From positions 1 through 64,000 of IMG/VR virus record IMGVR_UViG_3300042878_001709: a stretch of 64,000 bases of DNA. One strand, given 5' to 3'. Below are positions 26,751 through 36,932 of this stretch, piece by piece. Within the stretch, counting starts at the first letter, position 1. Each line of letters starts with the position of its first letter. The translations under genes were made by a program, and so were the position numbers. The stretch comes from an uncultured virus (IMG/VR IMGVR_UViG_3300042878_001709) (lineage: Duplodnaviria > Heunggongvirae > Uroviricota > Caudoviricetes). The notes under the pieces are model-generated. The model was not told where the DNA came from and did no database searches. It saw only the letters and a program-made list of their open reading frames with translations.

Positions 26751-29291
26751 ATGAATATGGAGGATAATAAAAAAATATATTTAGATAAGATTCTTAAGTG
26801 GTTTGTTGATGATACTATAATTAGATATGAAACGGGTGTTATAATATATCCTTTTTCTCCGATAGGTCCGAATGGTAAACCTTTACCTAGTTTTATCGAT
26901 GATTTAAAAAATAAACTTTCGTGGGGTATGCCTTCAGATGTTCAGATAACTTGTAGGGATACATATGGTTTAAATTACGATGAGACAAAATATATATGGG
27001 ACAACTATAAAACCATTATTAAGGATAGATATAATAAAGAATCTATTATGTATGATCTTAAACCCATTAATGAATCTATGGATAATAAAAAAAGATATTT
27101 AGATAAGGTTGTAGATTTTCTTGTAGAGGACACTAAAGTGGACCATGAAAATAGGATGATATTTTTTCCTTTTACATATAAGAGATCACTTAGACAAGGT
27201 AGTCGTAATCTCACACCTTTTCACAGACTTCTTTTTGATACATATATCCCTATAGACGGTTTTATGGAATACATTGATGAATCATTTGGAATTACTTCAG
27301 AAGAGGGTATTGTTTATGTATGGGAGTCCTATAAGGTTATTATGAGGGATATTGTATTTGGTAATAGTGCCAGTCCACTCTACTTTAACGAATCAGTGGA
27401 TAAAATTTCTAAAGGTGAATATATAGATAAAATTATAGATTACCTTGTGGATGATACTATGGTGGATCAAAAGAATAAAGTGTGGAATCCACCTTTTCCT
27501 ACTGATCACGCTAAACCTACTTTTAATCATTTCTATGGTCTAATACCTATGGCAGATCATTTAGAATTAAAATTTCTTATTGGTAATTCTTATGTAAGAA
27601 ACTTTTTTAACTATTGTAAAGACACGTATGGATTGACAGATGATGAGGAAATAAGAAAATTATGGAAAAGATATCTTAAAGTTTTAACTCCTAAAATTAA
27701 TGGGTTTTCTATCATTAATGGTATACCCACCATTAATGAATCTGTAGATAGAAAATCTGATTATTTGGATAAGATTGTGGAATTTCTTGTAGTTGATACG
27801 GAAATATCTATGGGAGAAGGAGATTTTGGAATTTTTAAACCATCGTTTGCATCTATATGGTTTTCTACAGTCTACTTAAAAAAAATATCTGATGATATGT
27901 TGGAAAGAAACTTTTTTAACTATTGTAAAGATAGTTATGGGTTAACTAATTCAGAAGTAAAAAGGGTGTGGAGTAAATATAAAAAAAATATCCTTAATAT
28001 ATTTAAAGTCCCCATTAATGAATCAGTGGATAGAAAGGATGATCTAATAGATAAGATTTCTGATTATATGGTAGACGATACCGAATATGAACTTAGTATT
28101 TCCCAATATAATGTCGATTCTACAGAAATTTTTGTCTATATAAGGTATCCTTATTCTGCACAAGACTCTGGATTCCCTTATACTATATATGAGGTATCTA
28201 CTATTAAGGAATCGAGTGAATATATCCTTAATAGAGTGGAGATTGAATATATGTGGGATGTGTACAATATACGTAGTGTAAAAACCATAGAAGATATATT
28301 TAAAAAATACACTGAGAAATTATTCACTAAAATATACGATGATATGTTAAGGGTTAAAGGTAATAATATAAATGAATCTGTAGATAGAAAATCTGATTAT
28401 TTGGATAAGATTGTAGATTTTATGATAGACGATACCGAATATAATATTTACATTAATAGGTTTAGTGATCATTCAGAAACTAAAGTAGAAATATGGTACC
28501 CTTTTACTAATCCTGATGAGGATGTGGATGCATATGATTATAGTATATATGATATTTATGATTGGTCAAATGGTAGTGGTTTTAATTTAGATGAAGGAGA
28601 AGATATAGATTATATTTGTAACACTTATAGTATATGTGATATAGATACTGTACAAGAGTTATATGATAGATACATACAAAAATTATCTACTATTATATAT
28701 GAAGAAATGTTATTAAAAAAGAATGGTGATAGACTTAATGAATCTGTGAATAGAAAAGATGAATATCTGGATAAGATTGTGGAGTTTCTTGTAACTGATA
28801 CAAAAGTTTTGGTTAATGACGATGTATTCTTCGCACCTTTTTACCGTCTATCTTCTTTAAGTTTTAATTTACTTTTTTATAAAGGTGATTATCCCGCTTC
28901 TTTTCATAGGTATTGTAGAGATGTGTATGGAATAAATAGTGATGATATTAAATATGTATGGGATACATATAAAAATATAATTAAAGATAAATTTAATAAT
29001 TCTGGTAATATTAATGAATCTGTGGATAGAAAAGATGAATATCTAGATAAGATTGTGGGATTTATTGTAGATGATACGGAAATAACTATAGAAAAGAATG
29101 ATAAAAGTTTTAAACCACCGTTTACATCTGTATGGTTTTCTCCATTATACTTAAAATTAATGAGTGACTCTCAGTTGGAGATTAATTTTTTAACCTATTG
29201 TAAAGATACTTACGGGTTAACTAATTCAGAAATAAAAGTTGTGATCTCTAAATATAGAAAAACTATCCTTAATAAATTTAAAGGTTCTTAA
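26751..29291 (+). CDS. repeat-domain protein, 8 units joined at (I/L/F)NES
   Basis: Eight (L/I)DK(I/V)...DT units; 44-bp identical junctions 27735-27778 and 28371-28414. Confidence 0.9.
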   Translation: MNMEDNKKIYLDKILKWFVDDTIIRYETGVIIYPFSPIGPNGKPLPSFIDDLKNKLSWGMPSDVQITCRDTYGLNYDETKYIWDNYKTIIKDRYNKESIMYDLKPINESMDNKKRYLDKVVDFLVEDTKVDHENRMIFFPFTYKRSLRQGSRNLTPFHRLLFDTYIPIDGFMEYIDESFGITSEEGIVYVWESYKVIMRDIVFGNSASPLYFNESVDKISKGEYIDKIIDYLVDDTMVDQKNKVWNPPFPTDHAKPTFNHFYGLIPMADHLELKFLIGNSYVRNFFNYCKDTYGLTDDEEIRKLWKRYLKVLTPKINGFSIINGIPTINESVDRKSDYLDKIVEFLVVDTEISMGEGDFGIFKPSFASIWFSTVYLKKISDDMLERNFFNYCKDSYGLTNSEVKRVWSKYKKNILNIFKVPINESVDRKDDLIDKISDYMVDDTEYELSISQYNVDSTEIFVYIRYPYSAQDSGFPYTIYEVSTIKESSEYILNRVEIEYMWDVYNIRSVKTIEDIFKKYTEKLFTKIYDDMLRVKGNNINESVDRKSDYLDKIVDFMIDDTEYNIYINRFSDHSETKVEIWYPFTNPDEDVDAYDYSIYDIYDWSNGSGFNLDEGEDIDYICNTYSICDIDTVQELYDRYIQKLSTIIYEEMLLKKNGDRLNESVNRKDEYLDKIVEFLVTDTKVLVNDDVFFAPFYRLSSLSFNLLFYKGDYPASFHRYCRDVYGINSDDIKYVWDTYKNIIKDKFNNSGNINESVDRKDEYLDKIVGFIVDDTEITIEKNDKSFKPPFTSVWFSPLYLKLMSDSQLEINFLTYCKDTYGLTNSEIKVVISKYRKTILNKFKGS

Positions 29292-29661
29292 ACATACCTT
29301 TTGGTATCATATCTAAAAATGGATATAAATAATTGGTACCATAGTTATCACTCAGTTCTTTTATTAAATACTTTATAAAACTTACAGGTAAATCATTAAT
29401 GTTAAAACCGTATTGGTATTGAAATCCATCAGGTATACTCATCGCATCTTCATAACTACCATATCCTTCGTCTCCGTCAAGAGTAAAAAGATCTATAACA
29501 ACACGTTTTGTATCGAATTGTATTTCTGTAAGACTGGCAACATCATTTTCATAAAATAATTTAATTCCCAGTTCCTCTAAAAAATGTGGGGGAATAATTC
29601 CACCCATATATTCTGTTTCGGTTAGTTCTTCCTTTAAAATTCTTTTAATGGTTCTTTTCAT
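29278..29661 (-). CDS. leader-tagged hypothetical protein
   Basis: MKRTIKRILKEELTE; GTATTTAT upstream on minus strand. Confidence 0.7.
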   Translation of the reverse strand: MKRTIKRILKEELTETEYMGGIIPPHFLEELGIKLFYENDVASLTEIQFDTKRVVIDLFTLDGDEGYGSYEDAMSIPDGFQYQYGFNINDLPVSFIKYLIKELSDNYGTNYLYPFLDMIPKGMFKNL

Positions 29662-29722
29662 ATTAAATAAATACTTTGGTATAATAAAATATTTTTCGTA
29701 ATATGATATCTTCTATTTAATC

Positions 29723-29779
29723 AGTTGTACGACCGAACTGTTCAATCACCCCAACCCCTCTTGATGAGATTTTTTATTT
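29723..29779 (+). repeat. 57-bp intergenic direct repeat, copy B
   Basis: 52/57 identical to 26129-26185. Confidence 0.9.
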
Positions 29780-29831
29780 GGAGCATAAAAAAAGGTCCCT
29801 AAGAACCTTTTATTATTTAATGTTGGTAGAT

Positions 29832-30431
29832 TTATTTAATGTCGTTAGATTTAATTAACGTATAACTAAATGAGTTACCATGAATCGCTTTGGCTTTTCT
29901 ACAAATTTTCATAAATTCTTCGAAGTCTGCAGACTTTTTAAATACTTGACATCCTTCGGACCAATTCTCAACGTATGTTGAATCGGCACCTGCTTTGTGG
30001 ATGTTTATACCAAATACTCCTTCGGCAATTTTTTTCTCATCATAGATTAAATCTTTGTTTGCGTCTCTATATACTTTAACGTTTTTTTGTTGACCTAACG
30101 CTTCATATTTACCTTGATGTAATCTAATTGTGTGAGATCCTCTATATTGACCCTCAACCAATCTTGCAACACCATCTTTATTATGGTATTCCATAACACC
30201 TTTTTTACCTGGGTCAGTAGTTGCAGGCCATTCGTGATATTTCCATGTGTTGGTTTCATCTTTATAACTTAACGTTAATAAGTCATCAAACACGTTAGTC
30301 ACTTTTTGACCAGTACTATAATTTCTAATACCGATAATGTTTACATCATACCCTTTGTTGTTTGAGTCCTCAAACCAAACATAACCTTTGGCTTTCACGG
30401 CAGCCTCAACCTGTTCTTTTGTATAGTTCAT
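29832..30431 (-). CDS. YkuD/L,D-transpeptidase-like putative peptidoglycan enzyme
   Basis: GINIHKAG...NWSEGCQV resembles the H...SxGC catalytic motif. Confidence 0.55.
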   Translation of the reverse strand: MNYTKEQVEAAVKAKGYVWFEDSNNKGYDVNIIGIRNYSTGQKVTNVFDDLLTLSYKDETNTWKYHEWPATTDPGKKGVMEYHNKDGVARLVEGQYRGSHTIRLHQGKYEALGQQKNVKVYRDANKDLIYDEKKIAEGVFGINIHKAGADSTYVENWSEGCQVFKKSADFEEFMKICRKAKAIHGNSFSYTLIKSNDIK

Positions 30432-30507
30432 AATTTTAATTTTTTTATAAATATGAAAAAATTAATTAAAGTAAATAGTTTTTAATATTTTTTCCATATT
30501 TATTTGT

Positions 30508-32127
30508 ATGAATTATCGTTTAAGAATAAAAATAACATTAGCCATCGCATCCATTTTAATGGTTGCTTATATGTGTGTTAAAATTGCAGTCCTTTCAGGG
30601 TTACGAGAATCTACAGAAACTACACGATGGATAGAATTTTTTGGTGTTATTTCACTTATTCCCATATCTATATTATTAATTAAAGACTTTATTAATTCCA
30701 CTAAAGATTCAGTATCTAAAGAATCAGTAGATAAGTTGGTTGAATTAGAAAATTTCTTAAATTCTTCTTCCATTATATCTAAAGCCGATGCAAAAGGAAA
30801 GATTACATACGTAAATCAAAAATTTACCGAAATTTCAGGTTATTCATTAGAAGATGTTATTGGTAAAGATCACAATATTGTAAATTCTGGAACACACCCA
30901 CGAGAGTTTTGGTCTAATATGTACAAAACTGTTGTTGTGGATAAGGGTCTTTGGAATGAGGTTTGTGTCAATCGGGCAAAAGATGGAAGTCTTTATTATG
31001 TGGATACTTTTATTAAATGTAGTTTTGATGAAAACGGTAAACTGTTAGAGTTTATGTCAATTCGTCAAGACTTGACTTCTTTAAAAAAGACTGAACAAGA
31101 AATATCAAATAGAATGAATGCAATTAACAGATCAAATGCTGTTATTGAATTTGACTTAGAGGGTAACATAAAATTTGCAAATGATTTATTCTTAAGTACT
31201 TTAGGTTATGATTCGCACGATGAACTTGTTGGAAAACACCATAGTATATTTGTTGAAGATGAGTTAAAAGACTCTGAAGGATATTTGAATTTTTGGAACA
31301 CTTTAAAAGATGGACATTTCTTTATGGGTGAAATCATTAGAAAGAAAAAAGACGGATCTTTAATATATCTCCAAGCAACATACAATCCTATCATAGGTAC
31401 AGACGGTAAACCCTATAGAGTAATGAAAATTGCTACTGACATCACCCAAAGTATTAATCAACAAATGGAAATTGAAAAGAAAAATACCTATTTAGAACAT
31501 GCAGCAAAGATATTAAGACACGATATGCATTCAGGTATCAATACTTATATGCCAAGAGGATTGAGTTCTTTAGAAAGAAGATTAACTCCTGAAGATATTA
31601 AATCATTAAAAATTGAAGCACCAATTAGAATGATTAAAGAAGGTTTAAAACATTCTCAAAAAGTATATAAAGGTGTTTATGAGTTTACCAATTTAGTTAA
31701 AAAAGACGTTGTTTTAAATAAATCGGAGTGTAACCTAAAAAGTATACTTATTGATTACCTATCATCCACTGCATATATTAGTCAAGTTATTATTGATGAG
31801 TTACCGATTATCGAGGTAAATGAAGCTTTATTCTGTACTGCAGTTGACAACTTAATCAGGAATGGTTTAAAGTACAATGATTCTGACACTAAGTTTGTTA
31901 AAATATATTCTGATGAGAATACTGTTTACATTCAAGATAATGGTAGGGGGTTAACACAAGAAGATTTTGATTACCTATGTAAACCATATACAAGAAAAGA
32001 AGGACAAAAAGAATCAGGTACTGGTTTGGGATTAAATATTTGCGTTGCAATTTTGGAAGAACACAAGTTTAAAATTACTTGTGAGAAAAATGAAATAGGA
32101 ACTAAAATGAAAATAAAAATAAAATAA
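30508..32127 (+). CDS. membrane PAS-PAS sensor histidine kinase
   Basis: Two N-terminal TM; PAS (GKITYVN..F...SGYS; NAVIEFDLEG...ATYNPI); RHDM H-box; NLIRNGLKY, DNGRG, GTGLGL. Confidence 0.92.
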   Translation: MNYRLRIKITLAIASILMVAYMCVKIAVLSGLRESTETTRWIEFFGVISLIPISILLIKDFINSTKDSVSKESVDKLVELENFLNSSSIISKADAKGKITYVNQKFTEISGYSLEDVIGKDHNIVNSGTHPREFWSNMYKTVVVDKGLWNEVCVNRAKDGSLYYVDTFIKCSFDENGKLLEFMSIRQDLTSLKKTEQEISNRMNAINRSNAVIEFDLEGNIKFANDLFLSTLGYDSHDELVGKHHSIFVEDELKDSEGYLNFWNTLKDGHFFMGEIIRKKKDGSLIYLQATYNPIIGTDGKPYRVMKIATDITQSINQQMEIEKKNTYLEHAAKILRHDMHSGINTYMPRGLSSLERRLTPEDIKSLKIEAPIRMIKEGLKHSQKVYKGVYEFTNLVKKDVVLNKSECNLKSILIDYLSSTAYISQVIIDELPIIEVNEALFCTAVDNLIRNGLKYNDSDTKFVKIYSDENTVYIQDNGRGLTQEDFDYLCKPYTRKEGQKESGTGLGLNICVAILEEHKFKITCEKNEIGTKMKIKIK

Positions 32128-32139
32128 AAAAAGAAAAAA

Positions 32140-32577
32140 ATGATTGATTCAATTTTATTGGTGGATGACGAGGATTTATTCCATTTAGTATTTGAAGATG
32201 CTTGTTCATTACTTGACATAAGTTTGTCTTTAAATGCGTTAAATAGTTCTGACGAAGCAGCAAAACTATTTCAAAATTGGTTCCAAAGTGGGGACGATAA
32301 TGATAAACCTGAATGTGTGTTTGTTGATTTAAATATTATTGGTAGTTCTTTTGATGGGATAGAATTAATTAGAAAAATTAATTTTGAATACGGTAATCAC
32401 GTAGTTGTTGGAATTATTTCATCATCAAACGAACCAGAAGAACAATCAAAGGCAGTTCAAGCGGGAGCTCAGTTTTGGATTATCAAATCTGACGACATTG
32501 AGCCACGTTTAGAGGAGTTCAGAAAAGATTATGAAGGTTATAAAAATAGAACCTTACCTTTCAAAGTATATAAATGA
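32140..32577 (+). CDS. single-domain response regulator (receiver only)
   Basis: LLVDDED, VFVDLN (phospho-Asp), DGIELI, ISSS, IIK. Confidence 0.9.
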   Translation: MIDSILLVDDEDLFHLVFEDACSLLDISLSLNALNSSDEAAKLFQNWFQSGDDNDKPECVFVDLNIIGSSFDGIELIRKINFEYGNHVVVGIISSSNEPEEQSKAVQAGAQFWIIKSDDIEPRLEEFRKDYEGYKNRTLPFKVYK

Positions 32578-33254
32578 TAAAGTTAGATAAAAATAGTGAA
32601 AACAATTTAATTAAACTCTTTGAGTCCAAGAATATCGGACTTGAAGGAAACATTATTAAGTTGTTTGAATCGGACAACGATTTGTTTAAAGACTATTTAA
32701 AAAAATGTACGGATAAAGATAAAGATTCTAGACGTAAACGTTTGGAGGTAACCAAACAGGTTCAGGTTCAGAACAAAGATTTGACTATACTCAACGATGA
32801 AAACCAAAGAATGGTGGAGGAACTCCAAAATACTTTAACCAGTATGGAGGATCAAAACAATCGGATTGAAAGTCAAAACTCTGAACTTCTTGAATGGAAA
32901 CTAGAGAATGAAAAAATAAGTGCCGAACTGGTTGAGGCTATGAAACAATCTGAACAGGCAAGAGTCGTTGCAGAAAATGCCAAAAATGAGGCAGAAAACA
33001 ATTTAGATTTAATTCAAAAGAAAACTCAGTTTGAGTTGATTAATAATATTGTTAAGGTTGCACTTTATGTAATTATAGGTGTTGGGTGTGTCACAACGGG
33101 AATATATGTTTATTCTATGACAATAGGAAAGGATACTGAGATTATTGGATCCACTTGGAGTAATATGTTTGGTATTCTGTTAACAAATAGTTTCAGTATA
33201 GTGGGGACAATACTTGGGGTAAAATATGGTGCAAGTCCTAACAAAGATAAATAA
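32574..33254 (+). CDS. coiled-coil protein with two C-terminal TM helices
   Basis: Q/E/N-rich heptads, then VALYVIIGVGCV and MFGILLTNSFSIVGTILGV. Confidence 0.75.
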   Translation: MIKLDKNSENNLIKLFESKNIGLEGNIIKLFESDNDLFKDYLKKCTDKDKDSRRKRLEVTKQVQVQNKDLTILNDENQRMVEELQNTLTSMEDQNNRIESQNSELLEWKLENEKISAELVEAMKQSEQARVVAENAKNEAENNLDLIQKKTQFELINNIVKVALYVIIGVGCVTTGIYVYSMTIGKDTEIIGSTWSNMFGILLTNSFSIVGTILGVKYGASPNKDK

Positions 33255-33263
33255 TAAAAAAAA

Positions 33264-33746
33264 ATGAAAAAAATGGTAAGTAGATTAAAAAAAATGTTAT
33301 TCGGGGAAACTCCTTATGTTAAAGTGGAGGATAAAAATCGTTTCTATTATATGTTGCAACAAATGCAATCTAATAGATGGAAGATTACAGGGATTATTTT
33401 ATTCTTGTTTTTCTTCATTATTTTTGGTATTAATATGGCAGTTATGTTTCAAATTGAAATTGCAGAAAACTGGAAAGAAATGTTGTTAATTTTATTCGGG
33501 GCCTTCGTAGGTAATCTTAATAAAGTTGTTGATTATTGGTTCAACTCTGAAGACAGAGATAAGATGTTAATTCAGAAAGTTGATGAGGAAGACGGAAATA
33601 GTTTTTCTAATGTTGCGGAATATCCGACAACACCAAGACCACCACAAGGATCAACTGTTGTAGATACACAAGTTAAAGAAGAAACTCCTTTGGTTGTTGA
33701 GGAGTACCCTACAGAAGAATCATCGGTAGATGGTGAAATAAACTAA
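33264..33746 (+). CDS. 2-TM membrane protein, holin-like
   Basis: Two TM, FGAFVG...VVDYWFNS, acidic tail; directly upstream of the endolysin. Confidence 0.55.
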   Translation: MKKMVSRLKKMLFGETPYVKVEDKNRFYYMLQQMQSNRWKITGIILFLFFFIIFGINMAVMFQIEIAENWKEMLLILFGAFVGNLNKVVDYWFNSEDRDKMLIQKVDEEDGNSFSNVAEYPTTPRPPQGSTVVDTQVKEETPLVVEEYPTEESSVDGEIN

Positions 33747-33774
33747 GAAGATGAGAATATTTAATTAAAATAAG

Positions 33775-33802
33775 AACCCAGTTAAAATACTGGGTTTTTT
33801 TT
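33775..33802 (+). terminator. intrinsic terminator closing the kinase operon
   Basis: AACCCAGT/ACTGGGTT plus T-run. Confidence 0.8.
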
Positions 33803-33868
33803 ATTACATATATTCACTAAAAAAAGATTTAAAATATTTTTAGAATATTTATTATAAAATTAAAGGTT

Positions 33869-34693
33869 ATGTTATTAAAAAATGGGTCTAAAGGAGAAGA
33901 CGTAAAAAAACTCCAAACAAAATTAGGTCTTACTGCGGATGGATCATTCGGACCCGGAACAGAAAAAGCGGTAAAAGAATGGCAATCGGCTAATGGATTA
34001 ACCTCAGATGGTGTTGTTGGTGACGGAACATGGTTAAAAATGTTTGGGTCAACCGTAATAATAAAAGAAGATGTTGTAATTCCTTCAGGTGGGTCATTAA
34101 ATATTGAAAAATTAAAGGGTCATATACCTGATTCTGTCATTGCACAGATTCCTGAGACTGCAAAAAAGTTTAATATTACAAATAACTTACGTTTAGCTCA
34201 CTTTTTAGCTCAATGTGGTCACGAATCAGGTGGTTTTAAGGCAGTTTCAGAGAATTTAAACTATTCTGCGGACGGTTTGAAGAAAATATTTGGTAAATAC
34301 TTTCCAGGTAACTTAAATGAGTCATATGCACGTCAACCTGAGAAGATTGCGGCTCGTGTTTACGCAAGTAGAATGGGTAATGGTGACGAAACTACCAAAG
34401 AAGGGTTTAAATTTAGAGGTAGAGGGTATATTCAGTTAACTGGTAAGTCAAATTACACTAATTTTACCAAATTTATCGGTGAAGATTGTGTTTCTAACCC
34501 TGATTTGGTTGCGACTAAGTATCCATTGGCATCTGCGGCGTTCTTTTTTGATTCTAATAAGTTATGGAGTATCTGTGACAAAGGTGCGGACGATTCAACA
34601 GTAACCGCAGTCACAAAAAGAGTAAATGGGGGTACAATTGGTTTACCTGATAGAATAAAACACTTCAAAGAGTACTATAACTTACTTAAGTGA
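33869..34693 (+). CDS. endolysin: peptidoglycan-binding domain plus GH19 domain
   Basis: GSKGEDVKKLQ..DGSFGPGT..WQ..GL..DGVVG; AHFLAQCGHESGGF, FRGRGYIQLTG, VNGG..GL.DR. Confidence 0.92.
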   Translation: MLLKNGSKGEDVKKLQTKLGLTADGSFGPGTEKAVKEWQSANGLTSDGVVGDGTWLKMFGSTVIIKEDVVIPSGGSLNIEKLKGHIPDSVIAQIPETAKKFNITNNLRLAHFLAQCGHESGGFKAVSENLNYSADGLKKIFGKYFPGNLNESYARQPEKIAARVYASRMGNGDETTKEGFKFRGRGYIQLTGKSNYTNFTKFIGEDCVSNPDLVATKYPLASAAFFFDSNKLWSICDKGADDSTVTAVTKRVNGGTIGLPDRIKHFKEYYNLLK

Positions 34694-34716
34694 TGTTTAT
34701 ATAAAAACAAAATATA

Positions 34717-35040
34717 ATGAAAATTATTATATCGGAAAATCAATTCAAAAGACTTATTAACGAAAATTTCGTTTTATATGGTGCAACATTTAAAGTAAAT
34801 AATGACGGAACTGTTTCTGTAAGTACTGATGATAGAACTACTATAATTAGATTCTCCAAATATTATATGGATATAAATGTTGCGGATATCTCCAAAACAA
34901 GTGACGGTGGATGTATTGTGAAAAGTAAAAATGGTAGGGAGGAAACTTTAACTAAAGAAAATATAACTTCAGTTATCGGTTTTGTGAAAAGTCCCAAAAC
35001 TGAGGGTAGTGTTAGTGGGGTTGACATGAAAAAGGTTTAA
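34717..35040 (+). CDS. leader-tagged hypothetical protein
   Basis: MKIIISENQFKRLINE. Confidence 0.65.
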   Translation: MKIIISENQFKRLINENFVLYGATFKVNNDGTVSVSTDDRTTIIRFSKYYMDINVADISKTSDGGCIVKSKNGREETLTKENITSVIGFVKSPKTEGSVSGVDMKKV

Positions 35041-35049
35041 GGTGTTGGC

Positions 35050-35367
35050 ATGAATAAAGAGATATATTTAAATAAAATTGTGGAATATCTTGTGGATGAT
35101 ACTGAAATAGGTGGTATTTGGTTTAACCCTCCTTATTATATTGGTAATGGTAGAAGTACTGCTGGTAGAACAGGATTTAGATCAATTTTTAAACATACAT
35201 TTGGTTTACTAGATAACACTGCATATAGTGGGTTAGATTCTCACTTAATTTATTTTGATCATTATTGTAAGGACACCTATGGTCTTACTGGACAGGAGTG
35301 TCTTATTGTTTGGAGACTATATATGCAAAAATTATATGAAATACAAGATTGGGGATTTTTAAAATGA
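35050..35367 (+). CDS. single-unit repeat-domain protein
   Basis: YLNKIVEYLVDDT...YCKDTYGLT..E...VW..Y. Confidence 0.8.
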   Translation: MNKEIYLNKIVEYLVDDTEIGGIWFNPPYYIGNGRSTAGRTGFRSIFKHTFGLLDNTAYSGLDSHLIYFDHYCKDTYGLTGQECLIVWRLYMQKLYEIQDWGFLK

Positions 35368-35816
35368 AGATTATAATAACAGAAAGTAAAATGATTAGTA
35401 CCATAGAGAGAGTACTAGATATTGAATACCCTAATTTAACTGATTCATGGATGGATTGGGCGGAATACAACTGTGGTATGGGGATTTGTTGTGACCCTTA
35501 CGCAATTGGTTTTGTATTACCCGAATCTGATAATCATGATGATTATCTTTTTAAACTTGTGAGGAAAGGATATAGGGGGGATGGTAATTACCCTAAAGAA
35601 CTTTCCGATGAACTACCAGAACCTTGTTATGAAAGACCAGATATTACATATGCTATGGACCCTAATTTTGATATGATTGTTATTAGTGAAGAGATGATGG
35701 AGACTTTAAACAATTATTTTAATAAGACTAAATTATGGGAATCTGAATTAGTATCTATATTGAATAAAAAATTTGGTTTTAACGCCACTAAATTCGGTGG
35801 GTTCAGTTGGTGGTAA
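35364..35816 (+). CDS. leader-tagged hypothetical protein
   Basis: MKIIITESKM; start moved to ATG 35364. Confidence 0.65.
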   Translation: MKIIITESKMISTIERVLDIEYPNLTDSWMDWAEYNCGMGICCDPYAIGFVLPESDNHDDYLFKLVRKGYRGDGNYPKELSDELPEPCYERPDITYAMDPNFDMIVISEEMMETLNNYFNKTKLWESELVSILNKKFGFNATKFGGFSWW

Positions 35817-35861
35817 ATATTTTACTATTTACAATAAAATAAAAATACCTTATATTTATAA

Positions 35862-36873
35862 TTGAAACCTTGTTACTGGGTTCCGAGTGTCCTTGTGTCA
35901 TTTGAGTTGGAAAAGATACCAACAAATCGGAGTTCAATAATAATAAAAATAAAATAAGGAAAATGAATTACAATTTAAACAATGATGTACCATGTGCGTA
36001 CATCACAAAAGAAAAACAAAGAGTTAAACAATTCGGTCAGAGTGTTTATCTAAAGGACGGATCGGAGTTCGAAGTAGAACTTTATAACCCATCAAAAAAA
36101 AACGTCCTATCAAAAATCAAAATTAACGGAGAATTTATTAACGGTGGTGGTATTATATTACGACCAGGTGAAAGAGTATTTCTTGAGAGGTACATTGATG
36201 TCCCTAACAAATTTAAGTTCGAAATTTACACAGTGGACTCAACGAATGAAACAATGAATGCAATTGCAAACAATGGAGATGTTGAAATTTTATTTTATGA
36301 GGAAGAAGAACAAATCGAAGTTAGGTTAAACTCATTTACGACTTATCCAACTTATAACCCAACCTATATTAATAACAATTTAACGGCACCAATTGGTAAT
36401 AACTTTTACAGTTCAAATCTTAACTATACATCACAATCCAATATTGATGTAAGTTTAACTAGTACTAATGACACATTAAGTTTTAGTAATAATATACGAT
36501 CAAATAAATTTGAACAACAACCAAGAAGTAGAAGTTTAACAAAAAAATCTAAATCTGTGGAGACAGGTAGAGTGGAAAAGGGTTCTGAAAGTGATCAAAC
36601 ATTTAAAACAGTAAATAAGAATTTTAATATATGGACTGTATCTACTTCAGTGTGGAAGATTTTACCCGAATCTCAAAAACCGATAGAAAAAAGGGACTTA
36701 GTTGAGAGATGTTCAAGATGTTTAACAAAACTTAAAAAGTCTTCTTGGAAGTTTTGTCCTGAATGTGGGAATGAATTAAAAGAAGAAACATATGAAGAAC
36801 AATTAAGTAATCTCTCAAAAGAAGAACTAATAGAACTTCTAAAAAATAAATAAAATAAACAACAAGGTTTCAA
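35862..36873. repeat. perfect 13-bp inverted repeat bracketing one gene
   Basis: TTGAAACCTTGTT 35862-35874; AACAAGGTTTCAA 36861-36873. Confidence 0.85.
35963..36853 (+). CDS. hypothetical protein with C-terminal zinc ribbon
   Basis: CSRC...WKFCPECG. Confidence 0.7.
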   Translation: MNYNLNNDVPCAYITKEKQRVKQFGQSVYLKDGSEFEVELYNPSKKNVLSKIKINGEFINGGGIILRPGERVFLERYIDVPNKFKFEIYTVDSTNETMNAIANNGDVEILFYEEEEQIEVRLNSFTTYPTYNPTYINNNLTAPIGNNFYSSNLNYTSQSNIDVSLTSTNDTLSFSNNIRSNKFEQQPRSRSLTKKSKSVETGRVEKGSESDQTFKTVNKNFNIWTVSTSVWKILPESQKPIEKRDLVERCSRCLTKLKKSSWKFCPECGNELKEETYEEQLSNLSKEELIELLKNK

Positions 36874-36880
36874 AAAACTA

Positions 36881-36908
36881 ACCTCATCAGAAACGGTGAG
36901 GTTTTTTT
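36881..36908 (+). terminator. intrinsic terminator
   Basis: acctcatcagaaacggtgaggttttttt. Confidence 0.8.
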
Positions 36909-36932
36909 ATTTATAGTAATATTTATTATATA

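Noticed and set aside
35862..36873. Insertion sequence with terminal inverted repeats
   Set aside because: No transposase motif in the enclosed protein and no clear target-site duplication; kept only as an RNA-structure hypothesis
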